Shown here piece after piece: positions 37,861 through 50,130 of a stretch of 64,000 nucleotides of DNA (the first letter of the stretch is position 1; every line of letters starts with the position of its first letter). A program made the translations under genes and the position numbers. A model generated the notes under the pieces. It was not told the DNA's origin and ran no database searches. It worked only from the letters and a program-made list of their open reading frames with translations. Origin of the DNA: Mobula hypostoma (lineage: Eukaryota); assembly GCF_963921235.1 (NCBI RefSeq), contig NC_086097.1, forward strand, positions 235,106,001-235,170,000, read 5' to 3'.

Positions 37861-38049
37861 CATATTTTTAAAAAGGAAGATGTAACCATATCCCGATCCT
37901 AACAGAACAAATTTATTTTTAACCTTCCTTGGTCCTTCAAGTAAACACAATTAGCTGAAGTATGATCAAAATTAAAGTTGAAATTATTTTCATATGCATC
38001 AGTATATACATGGACATAAAAAACTTAACTTGCAACAGCCTCACAAACA

Positions 38050-38575
38050 CATGCTCTCTTCTCGATACTACCATCAAGCAGGAAGTACAGGAGCCTTATG
38101 TCACACTTCAAACCACTTTCAGGAACAGTTACTACCCTCCAACCATCAGGCTTCTGAATCAGCAAGGATAACTTCACTCATGTCAACTCTGAACTGTTTC
38201 CACTATCTATAGACTTTCAAGGACCTTACAACTCATATTCTCAGTTTTTTTATTTACTGTTTTATTTGCATTACTTGTCTTCTTTTGCACTTTAGTTGTT
38301 TGTCAGTTTTTGTTTATGTATTATCTTTTCCCATAACTCCTATTGTATTTCATCATTTTTCTGTAAATGCTTACAAGGAAATGTATCTCAAGGTAGTATA
38401 TGGTGACAATGCTGGAGGAACAGTAGGTCAGGTAGAATCTATGGAAATGAATAAACATTTGACGTTTTAGGCCAAGACCCTTCATCAGGACATTTCCAGC
38501 ATCTGCAGAACCTCTTGTGTTTATTATATAGTGACATATACCAACTTTGCCAATAAATTTACTTTGAACTTTGAA
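38050..38575 (+). mobile_element. Rex1/Babar-type 3' fragment carrying a hammerhead-type insertion (38409-38524)
   Basis: TTFRNSYYPPTIRLLN and tail AATAAATTTACTTTGAACTTTGA. The insert is flanked by TATATGGTGACA/TATATAGTGACA and contains minus-strand CTGATGA-A-GGGTCTTGGCCT-AAAA-CGTC. Confidence 0.75.
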
Positions 38576-38847
38576 ATTAGAACACTGTATCATATAAGCA
38601 TCATTCACTAAGAAAAATCACCATTTACATATAAATTATGCACAATTTTTACAAGCAGCCACAATTACAGAAACACAGAACAGCATAAAAGTCCATTTTA
38701 TTGCAGTAGTCATTGTTCTGCAAAACCGTTTTGATTAGGGTTGTGCTGGTTTGTTGGAAGAATTACTGGATGAAGGGCAGTAGCTGTTTTTGAACCTGGT
38801 CATGTGGGACTTAAGACTTCTTTTCCTCCTACCCAATTGTAGTTTTT

Positions 38848-39428
38848 TATTTTTATAGATGCACCGTAGAAAGCATTCTTCTAGGGTGCATCACAACCTG
38901 TTATGGAAGTTGTCCTGTCCAAGACCGGAAGAAGCTACAGAAGATCGTGAACACGGCACAGCACATCACACAAACCAATCTTCTGTCCGTGGACTCACTT
39001 TACACTGCACGCTGTCGGAGCAGTGCTGCCAGGATAATCAAGGACACGACCCACCCAGCCAACACACTTTTCATCCCTCTTCCCTCCGGGAGAAGGCTCA
39101 GGAGCTTGAAGACTCGTACGGCCAGATTTGGGAACAGCTTCTTTCCAACTGTGATAAGACTGCTGAATGGATCCTGACCCGGATCTGGGCTGTACCCTCC
39201 AAATATCCGGACCTGCCTCTGAGTTTTTTTGCACTACCTTACTTCCCATTTTTCTATTTACTATTTATGATTTATAAGTTAAATTTTTAATATTTACTAA
39301 TTTTTACTATTTTTAATATTTAATATTTGTAATCCAGGGAGTGGGAACTGCAGAATCAAATATCGCTGTGATGATTATACGTTCTAGTCCAATTGTTTGG
39401 CGACAATAAAGCATAAAGGATAAAGTAT
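38848..39428 (+). mobile_element. Rex1/Babar 3' fragment
   Basis: TAQHIT..IIKDTTHPANTLFIPLPSGRR..RFGNSFFPTVIRLLN and tail AATAAAG(NATAAAG)n. It sits inside an older minus-strand fragment. Confidence 0.85.
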
Positions 39429-39665
39429 AGTTGTAAAAAGGAGGCACTGCCCGGATGATAAGGGAACACTGATAATAGATGTTGTCTTTTTGAGGTAGCA
39501 CCTTCTGTAGATACTGCTGATGGTGGGAATGGATGTGCCCTTGAATACTGGGATGGCCTGATGGTTACAAATGTAGACATTAAGAAGTAATATAGTATTT
39601 GCTGACTGATTAAATTGTGATTATCTACAGCTTGAAGAAACAAAACCTAGAAATGACAAAGCAGA

Positions 39666-39906
39666 CAACAGGAATTCTGCAGATGCTGGAAATTCAAGCA
39701 ACACACATCAAAGTTGCTGGTGAACGCAGCAGGCCAGGCAGCATCTGTAGGAAGAGGTGCAGTCGACGTTTCAGGCCGAGACCCTTTGTCAGGACTACTT
39801 CCTGACTACAGTCCTGACGAAGGGTCTCGGCCTGAAACGTCAACTGCATCTCTTCCTACAGATGCTGCCTGGCCTGCTGCGTTCACCAGCAACTTTGACG
39901 TGTGTT
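39666..39906. mobile_element. Penelope-type palindromic insertion with two back-to-back hammerhead motifs
   Basis: Near-perfect inverted arms of about 105 bp, with hammerhead motifs at 39760-39797 (-) and 39809-39846 (+). Perfect 15-bp TSD AAATGACAAAGCAGA (39651-39665 and 39907-39921). Confidence 0.9.
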
Positions 39907-40675
39907 AAATGACAAAGCAGAATACTTTTTACTTAAATCAAAACACTCCTGCTTTTGGAGTAAAAAATAATAATGACCAGGTCCATTACATTTTAAATCA
40001 TACTGGATATTCAACCTATCATTTCCTTGAATTAATCGTATCTGCTCATCAGATACAGTGTGCAGAAAGCCAGAGTTGTACTGCATGATGTGGGGGGGGG
40101 GGAATATGCCAGATGTCAAATATGTTTTCAGTCATTTCATGGATGAGATTTGTCCCAGTTTGCAATATGATGGTATTATGTTATCAAGACATTTCATAAA
40201 GGTCCTTGACATTTAGAATTGAGACAGGAATTACCAGCAAATTAAGACTGGAGGATCCACAAACAATATTTTGACATTTTCTCCAATCTTTAACCAGGAA
40301 CATGAACAGATCATTATTGGAAGTTAGTTCTGGGCCATATTTATATATTCTTGTGACATACTCATTTTTATGGGTAAAAAATATGCTATTAAATATATAA
40401 TTATCCTACAAACCAGATCTGAAACATTCCTCAAAATGTGACCAGAAGGTTTTAAAAGTTGCTCAGGGGAAGAAAATGAGGCTTCTCACAAGAGAAACGG
40501 AAACGTTCAAGTTGTGATAGGAGAATTACACTGAGGTGGAACTAATTCATTAATATGGACAGAAATATCAGAAGGATCTGTGTTTATTGACTTTTATTTT
40601 TAAAAATATTAATTTGATGGCATCTAGCTGTCATTGCAAAGTCGGTGTTTACTCACTTTAGATTATAGAGCATAG

Positions 40676-43600
40676 TGTAGTCACGCTGATATGCTACGAG
40701 TGAAAACAACACACTGACTCGAACAGGGTCGGGTTGAACCGTTTACTGTTTGAATCGGCGCGCGCTTAAGTACCCGCTCCCAGCAACGCCCGCTCTTTGC
40801 GGGGCAGAAGCGACGTCGGCTTCCGGGCCGAGGTCTGACCCGCACTCAGAGTCCTTTCGGTTGCCGTTGGCTGCGGGCTCGCCGGCGACTGCTGGAGCCG
40901 GTTCGCTTGCTGCCTGGTAGAGCCGCCACATGACCCCCCCCCCACCACCACAGAACTGGCGATAGGAGGTGCAGAGTCTGCAGCATGTACACTCTCAGTT
41001 CTTTTAGGTGGCCGGCCTCGACGTCGTGGGGGTGGTACCGTGACTGGGCAGTCAAGGTCCAGATGCGCCGGTTTGAGACGGTCAATGGTAAAAGTCTCGA
41101 GAACCCAGGTCACTCCATTATGGCGCACCACCTTGTAGGTCCCTCATATAGTCGCTGTAGGGGTGGTCTGTGTATGCCTCGGCAAACAAAAACATACTTG
41201 CTCTGTTGTAGGTCCCTGAGCACTAAAGAGGGAGTTGTTCCATGGTGGGACGTAGGGACTGGAGCAAGAGTTCCAAGCCGCTCTCAGAGTTTAGTTAGGA
41301 CCCCAGCAGGCGTGTCCTCCAGGCCACGGGGTGCTGGCACAAACTCACCGGGGCACCATAAACAATTTCGGCCGATGATGCGGCCAGGTCCTCCTTGGAT
41401 GCTGTGCAGATGCCAAGCAGCACCCAGGGGAGTTCGTCCCCCCAGTCCGGCCCTCGGAGGCGTGCCATCAGGGCCGACTTCAAGTGTCTGTGGAAACGTT
41501 CCACCAGGCCATTGGACTGCGGGTGGTAAGCAGTCGTTCGGTGGAGCTGGGTTTCAAGTAGTTGTGCCAGTGCAGACCACAAAGCCAATGTGAACTGCAT
41601 ACCCCTGTCTGAAGTGACGTGGGCTGGGAGTCTGAGCCGTGCCACCCAGGTGGTAATCAGGGCTCTGGCACATGTCTCCGTAGCCGTGTCAGCGAGTGGG
41701 ATAGCTTCTGGCCACCTCGTGAACCTGTCCACCACGGTGAACAGGTATCTCGCTCCTCTCGAAACAGGCAGTGGGCCGAAGATGTCCACATGGACATGTT
41801 TGAACCTCCTATGTGTCGGCTGGAAGGGTTGCAGTGGGGTCCTCACATGTCTCTGGATTTTGGATGTTTGACAGTGCGTGCATGTCCTGGCCCAGTGCCC
41901 GACCTCCTTGCGTAGGCCGTGCCACACAAACCTGTCTGCGATCAGCCGGATGGTCGCCCGGATGGAAGGGTGTGCTAGACCATGCAAGGTGTCAAAAACC
42001 CTTGCACCTCCAAGCGGTCGGGCAATGGGCCGAGGTTGCCCAGTGGACACATCGCAAAGCAGCTTCTTACTTTCGGACCCAATGGGTATGTCTTCGAGGC
42101 GGAGTCCTGAGACTGCGGTTCGGTACATCGGCATCTCTCTGTCCAGCCGCTGCGCCTCAGCTAACGCCGCATAATCCACCCCTGGAGACAGAGAGTACAC
42201 TGATTGGACGGAGGTTCATGACAGCACATCTGCCATCACGTTGTTCTTCCCGGAGATGTGCTTGATCGTGGTGGTAAACTCCAAGATGTACGACAGATGC
42301 CATTATTGGCAGCCTGACCAAGGGTCCGACACTTTGGCAAATGCAAAAGTGAGGGGCTTGTGGTCTGTGAAGACCGTGAACTCTCTCCCTTCCAGGAAGT
42401 ACCTGAAGTGCCGGATGGGAAGGTACAGGGCCAGCAGCTCCCTGTCGAAAGCGCTGTACTTAAGTTCCGGGGGTCATAGGTGCCGGTTGAAGAAGACGAG
42501 CGGCTTCCACTGGCCTTCGATGAGCTGCTCAAGCACACCGCCCACTGCCACGTCGGGGGCATCCACAGTGAGGGCGGTGGGGACGTCGACCCAGGGGTGG
42601 ACTAAGAGCGTGCCGTTTGCTAGCGCGTTCTTGCCTTGTTTGAAAGCCGCCTTCGCCTCCTCTGTCCAGGTGACCTCTTTGACTTTGCCGGACATCAAGC
42701 CAAAAAGGGGCCGCATGATCCAGGCCGCTGAGGGCAGGAAACGGTGGTAACAGTTAACCATCCCAACAAACTCCTGTAGGGCTTTAACGTGCTGGACCTC
42801 AACTTTTGCCGGCAGAGAAATAGCTCCATGGCGGTCGATCCGGTGTCCCAAGAAGTCGATGGCGGGTAGGCCGAACTGGCACTTGGCGGGGGTGATAGCC
42901 AGGCCGTAGTCGCTTAGTCAGCAGCAGAGCAGGCGTTGATGTGCTAGGTGTTCCTTGTGGGAGCAGCTGGCGATAAGTATGTCATCCAGGTAGATGAACA
43001 GAAAGTCCAGACCTTGCCCTACTGCGTCCATCAAGCGCTAAAAAGTCTGCGCCACATTTTTGAGCCCGAACGGTATCCTGAGGAACTCGAACAGGGCAAA
43101 GGGGGTAATGAGGGCCGTCTTGGGTACATCATCCGGGTGGACTGGGATCTGATGATTCCCTCAGACCAGGTCAATCTTCGAAAAGATGTGTGCCCCGTGC
43201 AGGTTGGCCGTAAAGTCCTGGATGTGTAGTACCGGATAGCGATCAGATGTGGTGGTGTCGTTCAGCATCCGATAGTCGCTGCACAGTCTCCACCCTCCTG
43301 CGGACTTGGGCACCATATGGAGTGGGGAGGCCCACGGGCTGTCGGAACGTCGCACAATCCCCATCTCCTCCATCTTCTTGAATTCCTCTTTCGCGAGGCA
43401 GAGCTTGTCGGGCGGATGCCTGCGGGCTTGGGCATGAAGGGGAGGTCCCTGTATGGGGATGTGGTGCATCACGCTGTGCTTGGGGCTTGTTGAGGAAAAC
43501 TACGGCGTGATGATAGATGGGAACTCCGATAACACTCTGACGAACTCGCTGTCGGAATAAGTGACGGAGTCCAGGTGCGGGGCCGGTAATCTGGCCTCAC

Positions 43601-44928
43601 CGAGGGAGAAAGACTGGAACGTCTTCGCATCGACCAATCGTCGCCCCTTCAAATCCACGAGCAGGCAGTGCGCACGGAGGAAGTCCGCACCTAGCAGTGG
43701 CTGTGACACTGCGGCCAGTGTTAATGTCTATGTAAAGCGGTTGGAACCGAACTGGAAGGGGATGGTTCTTTTGCTGTAGGTACGGACGGTGCTGCTGTTG
43801 GCTGCCATAAGTTCCAGTCCTGTTCTTCTAGTTCGGGTATCGTGGCTCGAGGGGGGTAGGACACTGATTTCCGCCCCCGTGTCCACCAGGAATCTTCGCC
43901 CGGAGAGCTTGTCTCAAACGTAAAGGAGGCCATCACGGTGACAAGCCGCCGTAGTCATCAGCAACGGCTGGTCCTGGCGTTTCCCTGGAAACGAGCATGG
44001 CAGTTGGCACCGGCGGGCCCCGGAACCCCACCTTTGATGATAAAAACACCAAGACTCAGAAGTGGTGCTGTCCCTTGGTGTGGGTGTTCGGTCCTCCGCT
44101 GCTGGGGTGTGGGAGGGCTGGGCTTTCGGCCGTGCCACAGCACTAATTCCGATGGTGGTTCTGCCAATTTGTTTGGCATGCCAAAGTATGTCCGCATGGG
44201 CAGCCACCCTACGCGGGTCTCTGAAGTCTTCATCTGCTAGCAGGAGGCGGATGTCTTCTGGCATTTGTTCCAAGAAGATCTGTTCAAACAAGGCTTATGG
44301 CCGTCTGCCAGTGCTAGCATGTAGCTCATCAGGGCTGATGGTGCGCGGTCACCCAGGCCGTCCATATGTAGTAACCGCGCAGCCCGTTCGCGGCGGAAGA
44401 GGCCAAACGTGCAGGTTAACAGGGCCTTGAATGCCTCGTACCTGTCTGTTGCCGGGGGCTGAAGCAGAAGTCGATAACGTGGCCCACTGTCTCCTGGTCA
44501 AGGGCACTCACCACGTAGTAATACTTGGTGGTGTCTGAGACAATTTGCTTGACCTGAAACTGGGCCTCCGCTTGCTCAAAGCAGACCAGGGGCTGGGTGG
44601 TCCAGAAGGTTGGCAGTTTAAGGGAAACTGCATTCTGCAGAGCCGAGTCATTCATGTTGGGTCCAAATGCCATTGGACCGTTGGGGTCACCAATGTAGTC
44701 GCGCTGATACGCTATGAGTGAAAACGGGACACTGACTCAAGCAGGGTCGGGTTGAACCGTTTACTGTTTGAATCGGCTCACGCTTAAGTACCCGCTCCTA
44801 GCAACCCTGGCTCTTTGCGGGGCAAAAGCGACGGCGGCTTCCGGGCCGAGGTCTGCCCGCATTCAGAGCCTCTCGGTGGTTGGTGACTGCTGGAGCTGGT
44901 TGGCTTGCTGCGTAGGCGAGCCTCCACA
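40676..44928 (-). mobile_element. Structurally complete Ty3/Gypsy LTR retrotransposon (CsRn1-like), ORF disrupted
   Basis: LTRs at 44694-44928 and 40676-40930, TSD ATAG, PBS TGGTGACCCCAACG (tRNA-Trp-like), G-rich PPT at about 40934-40948, gag LKLPTFW and CX2HX9CX3C, protease LVDTGA, RT FIYLDD, RNase H TVDA, and integrase HGLAH..CTHC with D,D,E. Confidence 0.97.
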
Positions 44929-44932
44929 ATAG

Positions 44933-45210
44933 AACACTACAGTCCCCGAGGCCTACAATGCTGTGCTGACTTTTTAAACCTACTCTTAAATCAATTTAAC
45001 CCTTCCCTCTTACATAGTCCTCCATTTTTCTACAGTCTATTACTCATCTAAGAGGTTCTCAAATGCCCCTAATGTACGTGCCTCTATCACCACCTCAGAC
45101 AAGCCATTCTATGCACTCGCCACTCTCTAAGGAAAGAACTTACCTCTAGCATCCCTCCTATATCTTCCTTCAATCTCCTTAAAATTATGCCTCCTTCTAT
45201 GAGCCATCAT
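44933..45210 (-). mobile_element. CR1 3' end whose tail was the Gypsy target
   Basis: The CATAG/ATAGAAC tail is split by the Gypsy element. The body resembles 46145-46450. Confidence 0.7.
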
Positions 45211-46144
45211 CTAGCCTCGTTTCTGAATTATTTGATCCAAATGAACTTCTGGCTAATAACAACCCACAAGATAGTAGTAATGGAAAAGTTGATGAATATC
45301 ATGCCATTAAATACCGAATGAAGATAGCTGGATGCTATTTTGTTGGTGAATGCCATAGCCTGATATGTATCTGGCACTAAAGTATTTTGAACAACAATGC
45401 TGTGATTTGGTGTTATCAAGCTTTGTTGCTTGGATTGGTACATCACACAACAAATTGGAAATTAGCTAAACAATGTTCTCAGTGACCTGGCTTACTTCCT
45501 TCCTGGCATTATGTGCCTTCTGAGATATACCACCTCTCAATAAACCAGGAGGTTCTATCGTAATATTAAACAAGTTTATCATATGCTTTTTTACTGAATG
45601 CGGTCTAATTGCTGAGTGTTGAAGTGATTGATCAGCTTTTGCTTTAGGAGCAGTGATAATATAAATATTGAATAAACTTTATCATTTTCATCCAGTCATG
45701 GATGGAAGAACAATCCAACTTTTGCACAGAACATCATTGCGAATAACACAGAGATCATTATCCTGAATACATTGCCCCCAGAATCTCTTAGCAGCAATGT
45801 TCTGGACCTGAAATATTTAGCCTCCAACATTACAACCTCTGTCCTTTATACGAGCTAATACTCCAAACCATTTAATAGTTTTTCACTGGTCTTAACTTTA
45901 TCATGGTTTCTAGGTGCCACATATAGTCAGATTAACCTCATCAGCCAAGATTTGGATCAATACTGTAGTAATGTCTTAAGCTGAATGATTCCTGCCGGAA
46001 TCCAAACTGCGTTTTACTGAGAATGGAGTTTTATATGTGCCTCAGATATCATAATTAGTGATTCATTAAATCATTCTACTTGGAATGGACAGGGAATTGA
46101 CAAGATAGTCAATTGCATGAGTGATTTGTATCTTTTTTTTTATA

Positions 46145-49085
46145 TAGGAAAGAACCTACAGCGCAATACAGGCCCTTCAGCCCAATAAGCTGTGCCGAAC
46201 ATGTCCTTAGTTTAGAACTACCTAGGGTTCCCCATAGCCTTCTATTTTTCTGAGTTCTATGTACCTATACAAGAGTCTCATAAAAGACCCTATAGTTTCT
46301 GCCTCCACCACCGCCGCCGGCAGCCCATTCTACGCACTCACCACTCTCTGTGTAAAAAGAAACTTACACTTGACATCTCCTCTGTACCTACCTCCAAGCA
46401 CCTTAAGACTATGCCCTCTCATTCTAGCCATTTCAGCACTGGGAAAAAGCCTCTGACTATCTACATGATCAATGCCTCTCATTATCTTGTACACCTCTAT
46501 CAGGTCACCTCACATCCTCTGTTGCTCCAAGAAGAAAAGGCCAAGCTCACTCAACCTATTCTCATAAGGCATTCTCCACAATCTGGGCAACATCCTTGTA
46601 AATCTCCTCTGCACCCTTTCTATGGTTTCCACGTCCTTCCTGCAGTGAGGCAATCAGAACTGAGCACAGTACTCCAAGTGGGGTCTGACCAGGGTCCTAT
46701 ATAGCTGCAACATTAACTCTCGGCTCTTAAACTCAATCCCACGATTGATGAAGGTCAATGCACCGTATGCCTTCTCAATCACAGCGTCAACCAGCTTAGT
46801 AGCTTTGAGTGTCCAATGGACTCGGACCCCAAGATCCCTCTGATCCTCCACACTGCCAAGAGTCTTACCATTAATGCCATATTCTACCATCATATTTGAC
46901 CTACCAAAATGAACCACCTCACACCTATCAGGGTTGAAATCCATCTACCACTTTTCAGCCCAGTTTGCATCCTATCAATGTCCCGTTGTAACCTCTGACA
47001 GCCCTCCACACTATTCACAACACCCCCAACCTTTGTATCATCAGCAAACTTACTAACCCATCCCTCCACTTCCTCATCCAGGTCATTGATAAAAATCACG
47101 AAGAGTAGGAGTCCCAGAACAGGTCCCTGAGGTGCACCTCTGGTCACCGAACTCCATGGAGAATATGACCCGTCTACAACCACACTTCGCTTTCTGTCGG
47201 CAATCAAGTTCTGGATCTACAAAACAATGTCCCCTTGGATCCCATGCCTCCTTACTTTCTCAATAAGACTTGCATGGGGTACCTTATCAAATGCTTTGCT
47301 GAAATCTATGTATATTACATCTACGGTTCCACCTTCATCAATGTGTTTAGTCACATCCTCAAAAAATTCAATCAGGCTCGTAAGGCACAACCTGCCTTCA
47401 ACAAAGCCATGCTTACTATTCCTAATCATATTATACCTCTCCAAATGTTCATAAATCCTGCCTCTCAGGATCTTCTCCATCAACTTAACAACCACTGAAG
47501 TAAGACTCACTGGTCTATAATTTCATGGACTATCTTTACACCCTTTCTTAATTAAGGGAACAACATCCGCAACCCTCCAATCACCCAGAACCTCTCCTGT
47601 CCTCATTGGTGATGCAAAGATCATCGCCGGAGGCTCGGCATTCTCCTCCCTCCCTTCCCACAGTAGCCTGGGGTACATCCCATCAGGTCCCGGTGATCTA
47701 TCCAACTTGATGCTTTCCAAAAGCTCCAGAACATTCTCTTCCTTAATATCTACATGCTTAAGCTTTTCAGTCCACTGCAAGTCATCCCTATAATCGCCAA
47801 GACCCTTTTCTGTAGTGAATACTGAAGCAAAGTATTTATTAAGTGCTTTGCTATCTCCTCCGGTTCTATACACACTTTTTCACTGCTACACTTGATTGGT
47901 CCTGCTCTCTCACATCTTACCCTCTTGCTCTTCACATACTTGTAGAATGCCTTGGGGTTTTCCTTAATTCTGTCCATCAAGACCTCCTCATGGTCCCTTT
48001 TGGCTCTCCTAATTTCATTCTTAATCTCCTTCCTGCTAGCCTTATAATCTTCTAGATCTCTGTCATTACCTAGTTTTTTGAACCTTTCGTAAGGTCTTCT
48101 TTTCTTCTTGACTAGATTTACAACAGCCTTTGTACACCATGGTTCCTGTACCCTACCATAACTTCCCTGTCTCATTGGAACGTACCTATGCAGAAACCCC
48201 CACAACTATCCGCTGAACACTTGCCATATTTCTTCCGTACATTTCCCTAAGAACATCTGTTTTCATTTTATGCTTCCAAGATCGTGCCTGATAGCCTCAC
48301 ATTTTCCCTTACTCCAATTAAACGTATCCCTAACTTGTCTGTTCCTATCCCTCTCCAATGCTATGGTAAAGGAGATAGAATTGTGATTACTATCTCCAAA
48401 ATGCTCTCCCACTGAGAGACCTGACACCTGACCAGGTTCATTTCCCAATACCAGATCAAGTACAGCCTCTCCTCTTGTAGGTTCATCTACATATTGTGTC
48501 TAGAAACCTTCCTGAACACACCTAACAAACTCCACCCCATCTAAACTCCTTACTCTAGGGAGATGCCAATCAATATCTGTGAAATTAAAATCTCCCACCA
48601 CAACAACTCTGTTATTATTACAACTTTGCAGAATCTGTCTCCCTATCTGCTCTTCGATGTCCCTGTAACTATTTGGTGGTCTATAAAAACACCCAGTAGA
48701 GTTATTGACCCCTCCCTATTCCTAACTTCCTCCCACAGAGACTCCGTAGACAACCTCTCCATGACTTCCTACTTTTCTGCATCTGTGACACTATCCCGGA
48801 TCAACAGTGCCACATCCCGACCTCTTTTGCCTCCCTCCCTGTCCTTCCTGAAACATCTAAAGCCTGGCACCTGAAGTAACAATTCCTGCCCCTGCACCAT
48901 CCAAATCTTTGTAATGGCCACAACATCGTAGTTCCAAGTGCTGATCCACGCTTTAAGTTCATCCATTTTGTTCATAATACTCCTCGCATTAAAATAGACA
49001 CATTTGAAACCATCAGTCTGAGCATGTCCCTTCTCTATCACCTGCCTATCCTCGCTTTTGCACTGTCTCCAAGCCTTCTTGATTT
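46145..49085 (-). mobile_element. CR1 LINE, near-complete degenerate ORF2
   Basis: EN start FKCVYFNARSIMNKMDEL (48769-49041), GDSNHN, SPGPDG, DFSKAFDKVPH, FADD, LVRPHLEYC and a 3' UTR. Confidence 0.95.
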
Positions 49086-49936
49086 GTGAGAAATATCTCC
49101 TGATGTATTTCTCTCAGATGCCTGTGCTGAACTTGCATTTGGGTAGGGGTGTTAGTATTTATGAAAGTGACTCTTGACAGAGTATAATAGATGGTAGCAT
49201 TCATGTATGGATGCCATCCACATCGATGTGAAGAGAGATTATGCTGGATAGCAGATATTGTTCTGGAACACATACTTGTCATTCATTAATCAAAGAACAT
49301 TTCAACACCAATACCAATCTAGGTCTGTATTGATGGGACTAGGCAGAATAATAGTTCAGCACGGACTAGATGGGTTGAAGGGCCTTTTTTTTTTTACATT
49401 GTTGTGCTCTATGACCCATGACACTATGTGCCTCATTGCAACTAATATTCAATCCCAGTCCTACAGCAAGTTGCAAATGACAGCCATTGACGGTTCTGGA
49501 TAATTTCTGTGCTAATGAATAGTCCCATTTCTGATACTCTCAAGAGTCACTATTAGATTGAGTCATGCCTGTAACCAAGTGCAAGTTCAGCACTGGCAAC
49601 TGGTTGAAAAATGTCTGGATGTGTCTTTTTATATATAAAAAAACAGACGAATATCACTCATGCAATGACTATATCATCAATTTCCTGTCAGTCCCCAGTA
49701 AAATGTTTTAATGAATCACTAATAATGACAACTGGTGTTATTCTTCTCAAAGAAAGTGCCTTCTCAGTTTGGATTCTGGCAGAAACCATTCAGGTTAAGA
49801 CATTACTACAGTATTGATCCACATGTCCACTGATGGAGATGAGACTGACTATATGTGGCAACTAGGAGCCAAGATAAAGTTAAGTCAAAATGAAAAACTA
49901 TTGACTGGCTGGAGTATAAAGGAAGATGCTTGTAAT

Positions 49937-50130
49937 CACAAACAGGAGAAAATCTGCAGATGCTGGAGATTCAAAGCAACACATACAAAATGCTGGAGGA
50001 ACTCAGCAGTTCTGGCAGCATCTCTGCAAAAGAGTAAACAGTCAAAAATTTCAGTCCGAAAAGACAACTGTTTATTAGTTTCCATAGATGCTGCCTGACC
50101 TACAGAGTTCCTCCAGCATTTTGTTTGAGG
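49937..50130. mobile_element. Penelope-type fold-back insertion with the hammerhead core deleted
   Basis: Inverted arms AAAATGCTGGAGGAACTC..GGCAGCATC / GATGCTGCC..GAGTTCCTCCAGCATTTT and a 10-bp TSD TGCTTGTAAT (49927-49936 and 50131-50140). Confidence 0.8.

Noticed and set aside
34307..37902. Ser/Pro/Leu-rich ORFs and repeat units that might suggest a gene or CRISPR-like array
   Set aside because: They are low-complexity minisatellites within LTRs, with no unique spacers, no cas genes and a eukaryotic context.
39666..39906. DNA-transposon MITE or miRNA precursor
   Set aside because: The long variable TSDs, asymmetric ends and hammerhead cores fit Penelope-type retroposition better. Small-RNA production is not excluded.
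39883..40119. Minus ORF YNSGFLHTVSDEQIRLIQG... after a pyrimidine tract and CAG
   Set aside because: No recognisable protein and no convincing donor site, so it cannot be supported from sequence alone.
40985..44430. Several plus-strand ORFs of 90-200 aa
   Set aside because: They are antisense shadows of the GC-rich Gypsy gag-pol.
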